Part shown: positions 1 through 12,300 of the stretch, piece by piece | Layout: each line of letters opens with the position of its first letter | Numbering within the stretch: position 1 is the first letter of the stretch | Source of the DNA: Auanema rhodensis | Lineage: Eukaryota; Animalia; Nematoda | NCBI GenBank assembly: GCA_964057225.1 | Contig: OZ059895.1 | Span: forward strand, 496,001-560,000 | Reading direction: 5' to 3' | Length of the DNA stretch: 64,000 bases | Notes under the pieces: model-generated | Seen by the model: only the letters and a program-made list of their open reading frames with translations | The model's database searches: none | What the model was told of the DNA's origin: nothing | Position numbers and translations under genes: made by a program

Positions 1-38
1 TGAGTTTCCATGTACACTCAACATTGCTTCCAAAAACA

Positions 39-71
39 TTTTGACAAAAATTTTTTCGAAAAATTTCAAAA
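39..71. repeat. Imperfect AT-rich palindrome centred on TTTTTCGAAAAA (52-63), recurring in the monomer
   Basis: TTTTGAcaAAAtTTTTTC|GAAAAATTTCAAAA: perfect 12-bp palindromic core, with outer TTTTGA/TCAAAA arms. Confidence 0.85.
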
Positions 72-174
72 TAATTTAGCAAAAAGTAGATGTTTTTAGA
101 TTCCATTTTTCAAAACAGAGACAATGGACAATGTTATTCAACGAAAAAAATGATTCTTCAGGGTGAAAATCGAG

Positions 175-196
175 GATATAAGTGTGAACTTATATC
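175..196. repeat. 9-bp perfect inverted repeat with 4-nt spacer, recurring in the monomer
   Basis: GATATAAGT-gtga-ACTTATATC; the arms are exact reverse complements. Confidence 0.95.
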
Positions 197-213
197 AGTT
201 GATATCTCGGTGC

Positions 214-264
214 ATTTTTAAGCTAGCGCAAATCTGATAACACAGATCGACGCAGCTTAAAAAT
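214..264. repeat. 51-bp imperfect hairpin with 11-bp perfect outer stem, recurring in the monomer
   Basis: ATTTTTAAGCT(214-224)/AGCTTAAAAAT(254-264); inner GCG(226-228)/CGC(251-253) and ATCTG(232-236)/CAGAT(243-247) around the loop ATAACA. Confidence 0.93.
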
Positions 265-347
265 CCGCATCGAATGCACTATACTACATTGAGAAACGCT
301 TAATACAAAAATTAGTTATGATCGTTTGAAAAATGATGCATTAGTGT

Positions 348-375
348 ATGTTGAGTTTCCATGTACACTCAACAT
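348..375. repeat. 9-bp perfect inverted repeat with 10-nt spacer, recurring in the monomer
   Basis: ATGTTGAGT-ttccatgtac-ACTCAACAT; the arms are exact reverse complements. Confidence 0.95.
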
Positions 376-3300
376 TGCTTCCAAAAACATTTTGACAAAA
401 ATTTTTTCGAAAAATTTCAAAATAATTTAGCAAAAAGTAGATGTTTTTAGATTTCATTTTTCAAAACAAAGACGATAGACAATGTTATTCAACGAAAAAA
501 TTAATTCTTCAGGGTGAAAATCGAGGATATATGTGTGAACTTATATCAGTTGATATCTCGGTGCATTTTTAAGTTAGCGCAAATCTGATAACACAAATCG
601 ACGCAGCTTAAAAATCCGCATCGAATGCACTATACTACATTGAGAAACGCTTAATACAAAAATTAGTTATGATCGTTTGAAAAATGATGCAATAGTGTAT
701 GTTGAGTTTCCATGTACACTCAACATTGCTTCCAAAAACATTTTGACAAAAATTTTTTCGAAAAATTTCAAAATAATTTAGCAAAAAGTAGATGTTTTTA
801 GATTTCATTTTTCAAAACAAAGACGATAGACAATGTTATTCAACGAAAAAATTAATTCTTCAGGGTGAAAATCGAGGATATATGTGTGAACTTATATCAG
901 TTGATATCTCGGTGCATTTTTAAGTTAGCGCAAATCTGATAACACAGATCGACGCAGCTTAAAAATTTGGATCGAATGCACTATACTACATTGAGAAACG
1001 CTTAATACAAAAATTAGTTATGATCGTTTGAAAAATGATGCATTAGTGTATGTTGAGTTTCCATGTACACTCAACATTGCTTCCAAAAACATTTTGACAA
1101 AAATTTTTTCGAAAAATTTCAAAATAATTTAGCAAAAAGTAGATGTTTTTAGATTCCTTTTTTCAAGGCAAAGACGATGGACAATGTTATTCAACGAAAA
1201 AATTAATTCTTCAGGGAGAAAATCGAGGATATAAGTGTGAACTTATATCAGTTGATATCTCGGGGCATTTTTAAGCTAGCGCAAATCTGATAACACAAAT
1301 CGACGCAGCTTAAAAATCCGCATCGAATGCACTATACTACATTGAGAAACGCTTAATACAAAAATTAGTTATGATCGTTTGAAAAATGATGCATTAGTGT
1401 ATGTTGAGTTTCCATGTACACTCAACATTGCTTCCAAAAACATTTTGACAAAAATTTTTTCGAAAAATTTCAAAATAATTTAGCAAAAAGTAGATGTTTT
1501 TAGATTCCATTTTTCAAGGCAGAGACAATGGACAATGTTATTCAACGAAAAAAATGATTCTTCAGGGTGAAAATCGAGGATATAAGTGTGAACTTATATC
1601 AGTTGATATCTCGGTGCATTTTTAAGCTAGCGCAAATATGATAACACAGATCGACGCAGCTTAAAAATCCGCATCGAATGCACTATACTACATTGAGAAA
1701 CGCTTAATACAAAAATTTGTTATGATCGTTTGAAAAATGATGCATTAGTGTATGTTGAGTTTCCATGTACACTCAACATTGCTTCCAAAAACATTTTGAC
1801 AAAAATTTTTTCGAAACATTTCAAAATAATTTAGCAAAAAGTAGATGTTTTTAGATTCCTTTTTTCAAGGCAAAGACGATGGACAATGTTATTCAACGAA
1901 AAAATTAATTCTTCAGGGTGAAAATCGAGGATATAAGTGTGAACTTATATCAGTTGATATCTCGGTGCATTTTTAAGCTAGCGCAAATCTGATAACACAA
2001 ATCGACGCAGCTTAAAAATCCGCATCGAATGCACTATACTACATTGAGAAACGCTTAATACAAAAATTAGTTATGATCGTTTGAAAAATGATGCATTAGT
2101 GTATGTTGAGTTTCCATGTACACTCAACATTGCTTCCAAAAACATTTTGACAAAAATTTTTTCGAAAAATTTCAAAATAATTTAGCAAAAAGTAGATGTT
2201 TTTAGATTCCTTTTTTCAAGGCAAAGACGATGGACAATGTTATTCAACGAAAAAATTAATTCTTCAGGGTGAAAATCGAGGATATAAGTGTGAACTTATA
2301 TCAGTTGATATCTCGGTGCATTTTTAAGCTAGCGCAAATCTGATAACACAGATCGACGCAGCTTAAAAATCCGCATCGAATGCACTATACTACATTGAGA
2401 AACGCTTAATACAAAAATTAGTTATGATCGTTTGAAAATTGATGCATTAGTGTATGTTGAGTTTCCATGTACACTCAACATTGCTTCCAAAAACATTTTG
2501 ACAAAAATTTTTTCGAAACATTTCAAAATAATTTAGCAAAAAGTAGATGTTTTTAGATTCCTTTTTTCAAGGCAAAGACGATGGACAATGTTATTCAACG
2601 AAAAAATTAATTCTTCAGGGTGAAAATCGAGGATATAAGTGTGAACTTATATCAGTTGATATCTCGGTGCATTTTTAAGCTAGCGCAAATCTGATAACAC
2701 AGATCGACGCAGCTTAAAAATCCGCATCGAATGCACTATACTACATTGAGAAACGCTTAATACAAAAATTAGTTATGATCGTTTGAAAATTGATGCATTA
2801 GTGTATGTTGAGTTTCCATGTACACTCAACATTGCTTCCAAAAACATTTTGACAAAAATTTTTTCGAAAAATTTCAAAATAATTTAGCAAAAAGTAGATG
2901 TTTTTAGATTTCATTTTTCAAAACAAAGACGATAGACAATGTTATTCAACGAAAAAATTAATTCTTCAGGGTGAAAATCGAGGATATATGTGTGAACTTA
3001 TATCAGTTGATATCTCGGTGCATTTTTAAGTTAGCGCAAATCTGATAACACAAATCGACGCAGCTTAAAAATCCGCATCGAATGCACTATACTACATTGA
3101 GAAACGCTTAATACAAAAATTAGTTATGATCGTTTGAAAAATGATGCAATAGTGTATGTTGAGTTTCCATGTACACTCAACATTGCTTCCAAAAACATTT
3201 TTGACAAAACTTTTTTCGAAACATTTCAAAATAATTTAGCAAAAAGTAGATGTTTTTAGATTCCTTTTTTCAAGGCAAAGACGATGGACAATGTTATTCA

Positions 3301-6300
3301 ACGAAAAAATTAATTCTTCAGGGAGAAAATCGAGGATATAAGTGTGAACTTATATCAGTTGATATCTCGGGGCATTTTTAAGCTAGCGCAAATCTGATAA
3401 CACAAATCGACGCAGCTTAAAAATCCGCATCGAATGCACTATACTACATTGAGAAACGCTTAATATAAAAATTAGTTATGATCGTTTGAAAAATGATGCA
3501 TTAGTGTATGTTGAGTTTCCATGTACACTCAACATTGCTTCCAAAAACATTTTGACAAAAATTTTTTCGAAAAATTTCAAAATAATTTAGCAAAAAGTAG
3601 ATGTTTTTAGATTTCATTTTTCAAGGCAAAGACGATAGACAATGTTATTCAACGAAAAAATTAATTCTTCAGGGTGAAAATCGAGGATATAAGTGTGAAC
3701 TTATATCAGTTGATATCTCGGTGCATTTTTAAGCTAGCGCAAATCTGATAACACAGATCGACGCAGCTTAAAAATCCGCATCGAATGCACTATACTACAT
3801 TGAGAAACGCTTAATACAAAAATTAGTTATGATCGTTTGAAAAATGATGCATTAGTGTATGTTGAGTTTCCATGTACACTCAACATTGCTTCCAAAAACA
3901 TTTTGACAAAAATTTCAAAATAATTTAGCAAAAAGTAGATGTTTTTAGATTCCATTTTTCAAAGCAAAGACGATGGACAATGTTATTCAACGAAAAAATT
4001 AATTCTTCAGGGTGAAAATCGAGGATATAAGTGTGAACTTATATCAGTTGATATCTCGGTGCATTTTTAAGTTAGCGCAAATCTGATAACACAGATCGAC
4101 GCAGCTTAAAAATTTGGATCGAATGCACTATACTACATTGAGAAACGCTTAATACAAAAATTAGTTATGATCGTTTGAAAAATGATGCATTAGTGTATGT
4201 TGAGTTTCCATGTACACTCAACATTGCTTCCAAAAACATTTTGACAAAAATTTTTTCGAAAAATTTCAAAATAATTTAGCAAAAAGTAGATGTTTTTAGA
4301 TTCCATTTTTCAAAACAGAGACAATGGACAATGTTATTCAACGAAAAAAATGATTCTTCAGGGTGAAAATCGAGGATATAAGTGTGAACTTATATCAGTT
4401 GATATCTCGGTGCATTTTTAAGCTAGCGCAAATATGATAACACAGATCGACGCAGCTTAAAAATCCGCATCGAATGCACTATACTACATTGAGAAACGCT
4501 TAATACAAAAATTTGTTATGATCGTTTGAAAAATGATGCATTAGTGTATGTTGAGTTTCCATGTACACTCAACATTGCTTCCAAAAACATTTTGACAAAA
4601 ATTTTTTCGAAAAATTTCAAAATAATTTAGCAAAAAGTAGATGTTTTTAGATTCCATTTTTCAAAACAGAGACAATGGACAATGTTATTCAACGAAAAAA
4701 ATGATTCTTCAGGGTGAAAATCGAGGATATAAGTGTGAACTTATATCAGTTGATATCTCGGTGCATTTTTAAGCTAGCGCAAATCTGATAACACAGATCG
4801 ACGCAGCTTAAAAATCCGCATCGAATGCACTATACTACATTGAGAAACGCTTAATACAAAAATTAGTTATGATCGTTTGAAAAATGATGCATTAGTGTAT
4901 GTTGAGTTTCCATGTACACTCAACATTGCTTCCAAAAACATTTTGACAAAAATTTTTTCGAAAAATTTCAAAATAATTTAGCAAAAAGTAGATGTTTTTA
5001 GATTTCATTTTTCAAAACAAAGACGATAGACAATGTTATTCAACGAAAAAATTAATTCTTCAGGGTGAAAATCGAGGATATATGTGTGAACTTATATCAG
5101 TTGATATCTCGGTGCATTTTTAAGTTAGCGCAAATCTGATAACACAAATCGACGCAGCTTAAAAATCCGCATCGAATGCACTATACTACATTGAGAAACG
5201 CTTAATACAAAAATTAGTTATGATCGTTTGAAAAATGATGCAATAGTGTATGTTGAGTTTCCATGTACACTCAACATTGCTTCCAAAAACATTTTGACAA
5301 AAATTTTTTCGAAAAATTTCAAAATAATTTAGCAAAAAGTAGATGTTTTTAGATTTCATTTTTCAAAACAAAGACGATAGACAATGTTATTCAACGAAAA
5401 AATTAATTCTTCAGGGTGAAAATCGAGGATATATGTGTGAACTTATATCAGTTGATATCTCGGTGCATTTTTAAGTTAGCGCAAATCTGATAACACAAAT
5501 CGACGCAGCTTAAAAATCCGCATCGAATGCACTATACTACATTGAGAAACGCTTAATACAAAAATTAGTTATGATCGTTTGAAAAATGATGTAATAGTGT
5601 ATGTTGAGTTTCCTTGTACACTCAACATTGCTTCCAAAAACATTTTTGACAAAACTTTTTTCGAAACATTTCAAAATAATTTAGCAAAAAGTAGATGTTT
5701 TTAGATTCCTTTTTTCAAGGCAAAGACGATGGACAATGTTATTCAACGAAAAAATTAATTCTTCAGGGAGAAAATCGAGGATATAAGTGTGAACTTATAT
5801 CAGTTGATATCTCGGGGCATTTTTAAGCTAGCGCAAATCTGATAACACAAATCGACGCAGCTTAAAAATCCGCATCGAATGCACTATACTACATTGAGAA
5901 ACGCTTAATATAAAAATTAGTTATGATCGTTTGAAAAATGATGCATTAGTGTATGTTGAGTTTCCATGTACACTCAACATTGCTTCCAAAAACATTTTGA
6001 CAAAAATTTTTTCGAAAAATTTCGAAATAATTTAGCAAAAAGTAGATGTTTTTAGATTTCATTTTTCAAGGCAAAGACGATAGACAATGTTATTCAACGA
6101 AAAAATTAATTCTTCAGGGTGAAAATCGAGGATATAAGTGTGAACTTATATCAGTTGATATCTCGGTGCATTTTTAAGCTAGCGCAAATCTGATAACACA
6201 GATCGACGCAGCTTAAAAATCCGCATCGAATGCACTATACTACATTGAGAAACGCTTAATACAAAAATTAGTTATGATCGTTTGAAAAATGATGCATTAG

Positions 6301-9300
6301 TGTATGTTGAGTTTCCATGTACACTCAACATTGCTTCCAAAAACATTTTGACAAAAATTTTTTTGAAAAATTTCAAAATAATTTAGCAAAAAGTAGATGT
6401 TTTTAGATTCCATTTTTCAAAGCAAAGACGATGGACAATGTTATTCAACGAAAAAATTAATTCTTCAGGGTGAAAATCGAGGATATAAGTGTGAACTTAT
6501 ATCAGTTGATATCTCGGTGCATTTTTAAGCTAGCGCAAATATGATAACACAGATCGACGCAGCTTAAAAATCCGCATCGAATGCACTATACTACATTGGG
6601 AAACGCTTAATACAAAAATTTGTTATGATCGTTTGAAAAATGATGCATTAGTGTATGTTGAGTTTCCATGTACACTCAACATTGCTTCCAAAAACATTTT
6701 GACAAAAATTTTTTCGAAACATTTCAAAATAATTTAGCAAAAAGTAGATGTTTTTAGATTCCTTTTTTCAAGGCAAAGACGATGGACAATGTTATTCAAC
6801 GAAAAAATTAATTCTTCAGGGTGAAAATCGAGGATATAAGTGTGAACTTATATCAGTTGATATCTCGGTGCATTTTTAAGCTAGCGCAAATCTGATAACA
6901 CAAATCGACGCAGCTTAAAAATCCGCATCGAATGCACTATACTACATTGAGAAACGCTTAATACAAAAATTAGTTATGATCGTTTGAAAAATGATGCATT
7001 AGTGTATGTTGAGTTTCCATGTACACTCAACATTGCTTCCAAAAACATTTTGACAAAAATTTTTTCGAAAAATTTCAAAATAATTTAGCAAAAAGTAGAT
7101 GTTTTTAGATTTCAATTTTCAAGGCAAAGACGATAGACAATGTTATTCAACGAAAAAATTAATTCTTCAGGGTGAAAATCGAGGATATAAGTGTGAACTT
7201 ATATCAGTTGATATCTCGGTGCATTTTTAAGTTAGCGCAAATCTGATAACACAAATCGACGCAGCTTAAAAATCCGCATCGAATGCACTATACTACATTG
7301 AGAAACGCTTAATACAAAAATTAGTTATGATCGTTTGAAAAATGATGCAATAGTGTATGTTGAGTTTCCATGTACACTCAACATTGCTTCCAAAAACATT
7401 TTGACAAAACTTTTTTCGAAACATTTCAAAATAATTTAGCAAAAAGTAGATGTTTTTAGATTCCTTTTTTCAAGGCAAAGACGATGGACAATGTTATTCA
7501 ACGAAAAAATTAATTCTTCAGGGAGAAAATCGAGGATATAAGTGTGAACTTATATCAGTTGATATCTCGGTGCATTTTTAAGTTAGCGCAAATCTGATAA
7601 CACAAATCGACGCAGCTTAAAAATCCGCATCGAATGCACTATACTACATTGAGAAACGCTTAATACAAAAATTAGTTATGATCGTTTGAAAAATGATGCA
7701 ATAGTGTATGTTGAGTTTCCATGTACACTCAACATTGCTTCCAAAAACATTTTGACAAAACTTTTTTCGAAACATTTCAAAATAATTTAGCAAAAAGTAG
7801 ATGTTTTTAGATTCCTTTTTTCAAGGCAAAGACGATGGACAATGTTATTCAACGAAAAAATTAATTCTTCAGGGTGAAAATCGAGGATATAAGTGTGAAC
7901 TTATATCAGTTGATATCTCGGTGCATTTTTAAGTTAGCGCAAATCTGATAACACAGATCGACGCAGCTTAAAAATTCGGATCGAATGCACTATACTACAT
8001 TGAGAAACGCTTAATACAAAAATTAGTTATGATCGTTTGAAAAATGATGCAATAGTGTATGTTGAGTTTCCATGTACACTCAACATTGCTTCCAAAAACA
8101 TTTTGACAAAACTTTTTTCGAAACATTTCAAAATAATTTAGCAAAAAGTAGATGTTTTTAGATTCCTTTTTTCAAGGCAAAGACGATGGACAATGTTATT
8201 CAACGAAAAAATTAATTCTTCAGGGAGAAAATCGAGGATATAAGTGTGAACTTATATCAGTTGATATCTCGGGGCATTTTTAAGCTAGCGCAAATCTGAT
8301 AACACAAATCGACGCAGCTTAAAAATCCGCATCGAATGCACTATACTACATTGAGAAACGCTTAATACAAAAATTAGTTATGATCGTTTGAAAAATGATG
8401 CATTAGTGTATGTTGAGTTTCCATGTACACTCAACATTGCTTCCAAAAACATTTTGACAAAAATTTTTTCGAAAAATTTCAAAATAATTTAGCAAAAAGT
8501 AGATGTTTTTAGATTTCATTTTTCAAGGCAAAGACGATAGACAATGTTATTCAACGAAAAAATTAATTCTTCAGGGTGAAAATCGAGGATATAAGTGTGA
8601 ACTTATATCAGTTGATATCTCGGTGCATTTTTAAGCTAGCGCAAATCTGATAACACAGATCGACGCAGCTTAAAAATCCGCATCGAATGCACTATACTGC
8701 ATTGAGAAACGCTTAATACAAAAATTAGTTATGATCGTTTGAAAAATGATGCATTAGTGTATGTTGAGTTTCCATGTACACTCAACATTGCTTCCAAAAA
8801 CATTTTGACAAAAAATTTTTTGAAAAATTTCAAAATAATTTAGCAAAAAGTAGATGTTTTTAGATTCCATTTTTCAAGGCAAAGACAATGGACAATGTTA
8901 TTCAACGAAAAAAATGATTCTTCAGGGTGAAAATCGAGGATATAAGTGTGAACTTATATCAGTTGATATCTCGGTGCATTTTTAAGTTAGCGCAAATCTG
9001 ATAACACAGATCGACGCAGCTTAAAAATTCGGATCGAATGCACTATACTACATTGAGAAACGCTTAATACAAAAATTTGTTATGATCGTTTGAAAAATGA
9101 TGCATTAGTGTATGTTGAGTTTCCATGTACACTCAACATTGCTTCCAAAAACATTTTTACAAAAATTTTTTCGAAAAATTTCAAAATAATTTAGCAAAAA
9201 GTAGATGTTTTTAGATTTCATTTTTCAAGGCAAAGACGATAGACAATGTTATTCAACGAAAAAATTAATTCTTCAGGGTGAAAATCGAGGATATAAGTGT

Positions 9301-12300
9301 GAACTTATATCAGTTGATATCTCGGTGCATTTTTAAGCTAGCGCAAATCTGATAACACAGATCGACGCAGCTTAAAAATCCGCATCGAATGCACTATACT
9401 GCATTGAGAAACGCTTAATACAAAAATTAGTTATGATCGTTTGAAAAATGATGCATTAGTGTATGTTGAGTTTCCATGTACACTCAACATTGCTTCCAAA
9501 AACATTTTGACAAAAATTTTTTTGAAAAATTTCAAAATAATTTAGCAAAAAGTAGATGTTTTTAGATTCCATTTTTCAAAGCAAAGACGATGGACAATGT
9601 TATTCAACGAAAAAATTAATTCTTCAGGGTGAAAATCGAGGATATAAGTGTGAACTTATATCAGTTGATATCTCGGTGCATTTTTAAGTTAGCGCAAATC
9701 TGATAACACAGATCGACGCAGCTTAAAAATTCGGATCGAATGCACTATACTACATTGAGAAACGCTTAATACAAAAATTAGTTATGATCGTTTGAAAAAT
9801 GATGCATTAGTGTATGTTGAGTTTCCATGTACACTCAACATTGCTTCCAAAAACATTTTGACAAAAAATTTTTTGAAAAATTTCAAAATAATTTAGCAAA
9901 AAGTAGATGTTTTTAGATTCCATTTTTCAAGGCAAAGACAATGGACAATGTTATTCAACGAAAAAAATGATTCTTCAGGGTGAAAATCGAGGATATAAGT
10001 GTGAACTTATATCAGTTGATATCTCGGTGCATTTTTAAGTTAGCGCAAATCTGATAACACAGATCGACGCAGCTTAAAAATTCGGATCGAATGCACTATA
10101 CTACATTGAGAAACGCTTAATACAAAAATTTGTTATGATCGTTTGAAAAATGATGCATTAGTGTATGTTGAGTTTCCATGTACACTCAACATTGCTTCCA
10201 AAAACATTTTGACAAAAATTTTTTCGAAAAATTTCAAAATAATTTAGCAAAAAGTAGATGTTTTTAGATTTCATTTTTCAAGGCAAAGACGATAGACAAT
10301 GTTATTCAACGAAAAAATTAATTCTTCAGGGTGAAAATCGAGGATATAAGTGTGAACTTATATCAGTTGATATCTCGGTGCATTTTTAAGCTAGCGCAAA
10401 TCTGATAACACAGATCGACGCAGCTTAAAAATCCGCATCGAATGCACTATACTACATTGAGAAACGCTTAATACAAAAATTAGTTATGATCGTTTGAAAA
10501 ATGATGCATTAGTGTATGTTGAGTTTCCATGTACACTCAACATTGCTTCCAAAAACATTTTGACAAAAATTTTTTTGAAAAATTTCAAAATAATTTAGCA
10601 AAAAGTAGATGTTTTTAGATTCCATTTTTCAAAGCAAAGACGATGGACAATGTTATTCAACGAAAAAATTAATTCTTCAGGGTGAAAATCGAGGATATAA
10701 GTGTGAACTTATATCAGTTGATATCTCGGTGCATTTTTAAGTTAGCGCAAATCTGATAACACAGATCGACGCAGCTTAAAAATTTGGATCGAATGCACTA
10801 TACTACATTGAGAAACGCTTAATACAAAAATTAGTTATGATCGTTTGAAAAATGATGCATTAGTGTATGTTGAGTTTCCATGTACACTCAACATTGCTTC
10901 CAAAAACATTTTGACAAAAATTTTTTCGAAAAATTTCAAAATAATTTAGCAAAAAGTAGATGTTTTTAGATTCCATTTTTCAAGGCAAAGACAATGGACA
11001 ATGTTATTCAACGAAAAAAATGATTCTTCAGGGTGAAAATCGAGGATATAAGTGTGAACTTATATCAGTGGATATCTCGGTGCATTTTTAAGCTAGCGCA
11101 AATATGATAACACAGATCGACGCAGCTTAAAAATCCGCATCGAATGCACTATACTACATTGAGAAACGCTTAATACAAAAATTTGTTATGATCGTTTGAA
11201 AAATGATGCATTAGTGTATGTTGAGTTTCCATGTACACTCAACATTGCTTCCAAAAACATTTTGACAAAAATTTTTTCGAAACATTTCAAAATAATTTAG
11301 CAAAAAGTAGATGTTTTTAGATTCCTTTTTTCAAGGCAAAGACGATGGACAATGTTATTCAACGAAAAAATTAATTCTTCAGGGTGAAAATCGAGGATAT
11401 AAGTGTGAACTTATATCAGTTGATATCTCGGTGCATTTTTAAGCTAGCGCAAATCTGATAACACAAATCGACGCAGCTTAAAAATCCGCATCGAATGCAC
11501 TATACTACATTGAGAAACGCTTAATACAAAAATTAGTTATGATCGTTTGAAAAATGATGCATTAGTGTATGTTGAGTTTCCATGTACACTCAACATTGCT
11601 TCCAAAAACATTTTGACAAAAATTTTTTCGAAAAATTTCAAAATAATTTAGCAAAAAGTAGATGTTTTTAGATTTCATTTTTCAAGGCAAAGACGATAGA
11701 CAATGTTATTCAACGAAAAAATTAATTCTTCAGGGTGAAAATCGAGGATATAAGTGTGAACTTATATCAGTTGATATCTCGGTGCATTTTTAAGCTAGCG
11801 CAAATCTGATAACACAGATCGACGCAGCTTAAAAATCCGCATCGAATGCACTATACTACATTGAGAAACGCTTAATAAAAAAATTTGTTATGATCGTTTG
11901 AAAAATGATGCATTAGTGTATGTTGAGTTTCCATGTACACTCAACATTGCTTCCAAAAACATTTTGACAAAAATTTTTTCGAAAAATTTCAAAATAATTT
12001 AGCAAAAAGTAGATGTTTTTAGATTCCTTTTTTCAAGGCAAAGACGATGGACAGTGTTATTCAACGAAAAAATTAATTCTTCAGGGTGAAAATCGAGGAT
12101 ATAAGTGTGAACTTATATCAGTTGATATCTCGGTGCATTTTTAAGCTAGCGCAAATCTGATAACACAAATCGACGCAGCTTAAAAATCCGCATCGAATGC
12201 ACTATACTACATTGAGAAACACTTAATACAAAAATTAGTTATGATCGTTTGAAAAATGATGCATTAGTGTATGTTGAGTTTCCATGTACACTCAACATTG

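Larger units (their letters stand above)
1..351. repeat. Representative monomer (phase set arbitrarily by the window start)
   Basis: 109/351 G+C by hand count. Very AT-rich block at 31-110 (about 19% GC) and GC-richer block at 201-300 (about 41% GC). One site per consensus monomer for BsrGI TGTACA (11-16), BstBI TTCGAA (55-60), EcoRV GATATC (201-206), NheI GCTAGC (222-227) and NsiI ATGCAT (336-341). Confidence 0.97.

Noticed and set aside
54-70. CENP-B box-like TTTCGAAAAATTTCAAA
   Set aside because: It matches only TTCG and A (5 of 9 core positions of NTTCGNNNNANNCGGGN) and lacks CGGG.
214-264. Intrinsic terminator or attC-like site
   Set aside because: The stem is AT-rich, there are no genes or cassettes, and the context is eukaryotic-type satellite.
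200-321. MITE/transposon-derived origin (weak TGATATCT...AGTTATGA inverted match and internal hairpins)
   Set aside because: Only a 6/8 match, with no terminal inverted repeats, target-site duplications or coding remnants. Cannot be supported without a repeat-library search.
1-351. Monomer as a diverged dimer of ~175-bp subunits at sequence level
   Set aside because: No convincing alignment between the halves by eye; only the dyad spacing is suggestive.
1-351. Tandem 5S rRNA, tRNA, snRNA or spliced-leader gene unit
   Set aside because: No 5S, cloverleaf/T-loop (GTTCRA) or other recognisable RNA-gene motif on either strand. An Rfam/Infernal search would be the definitive test.
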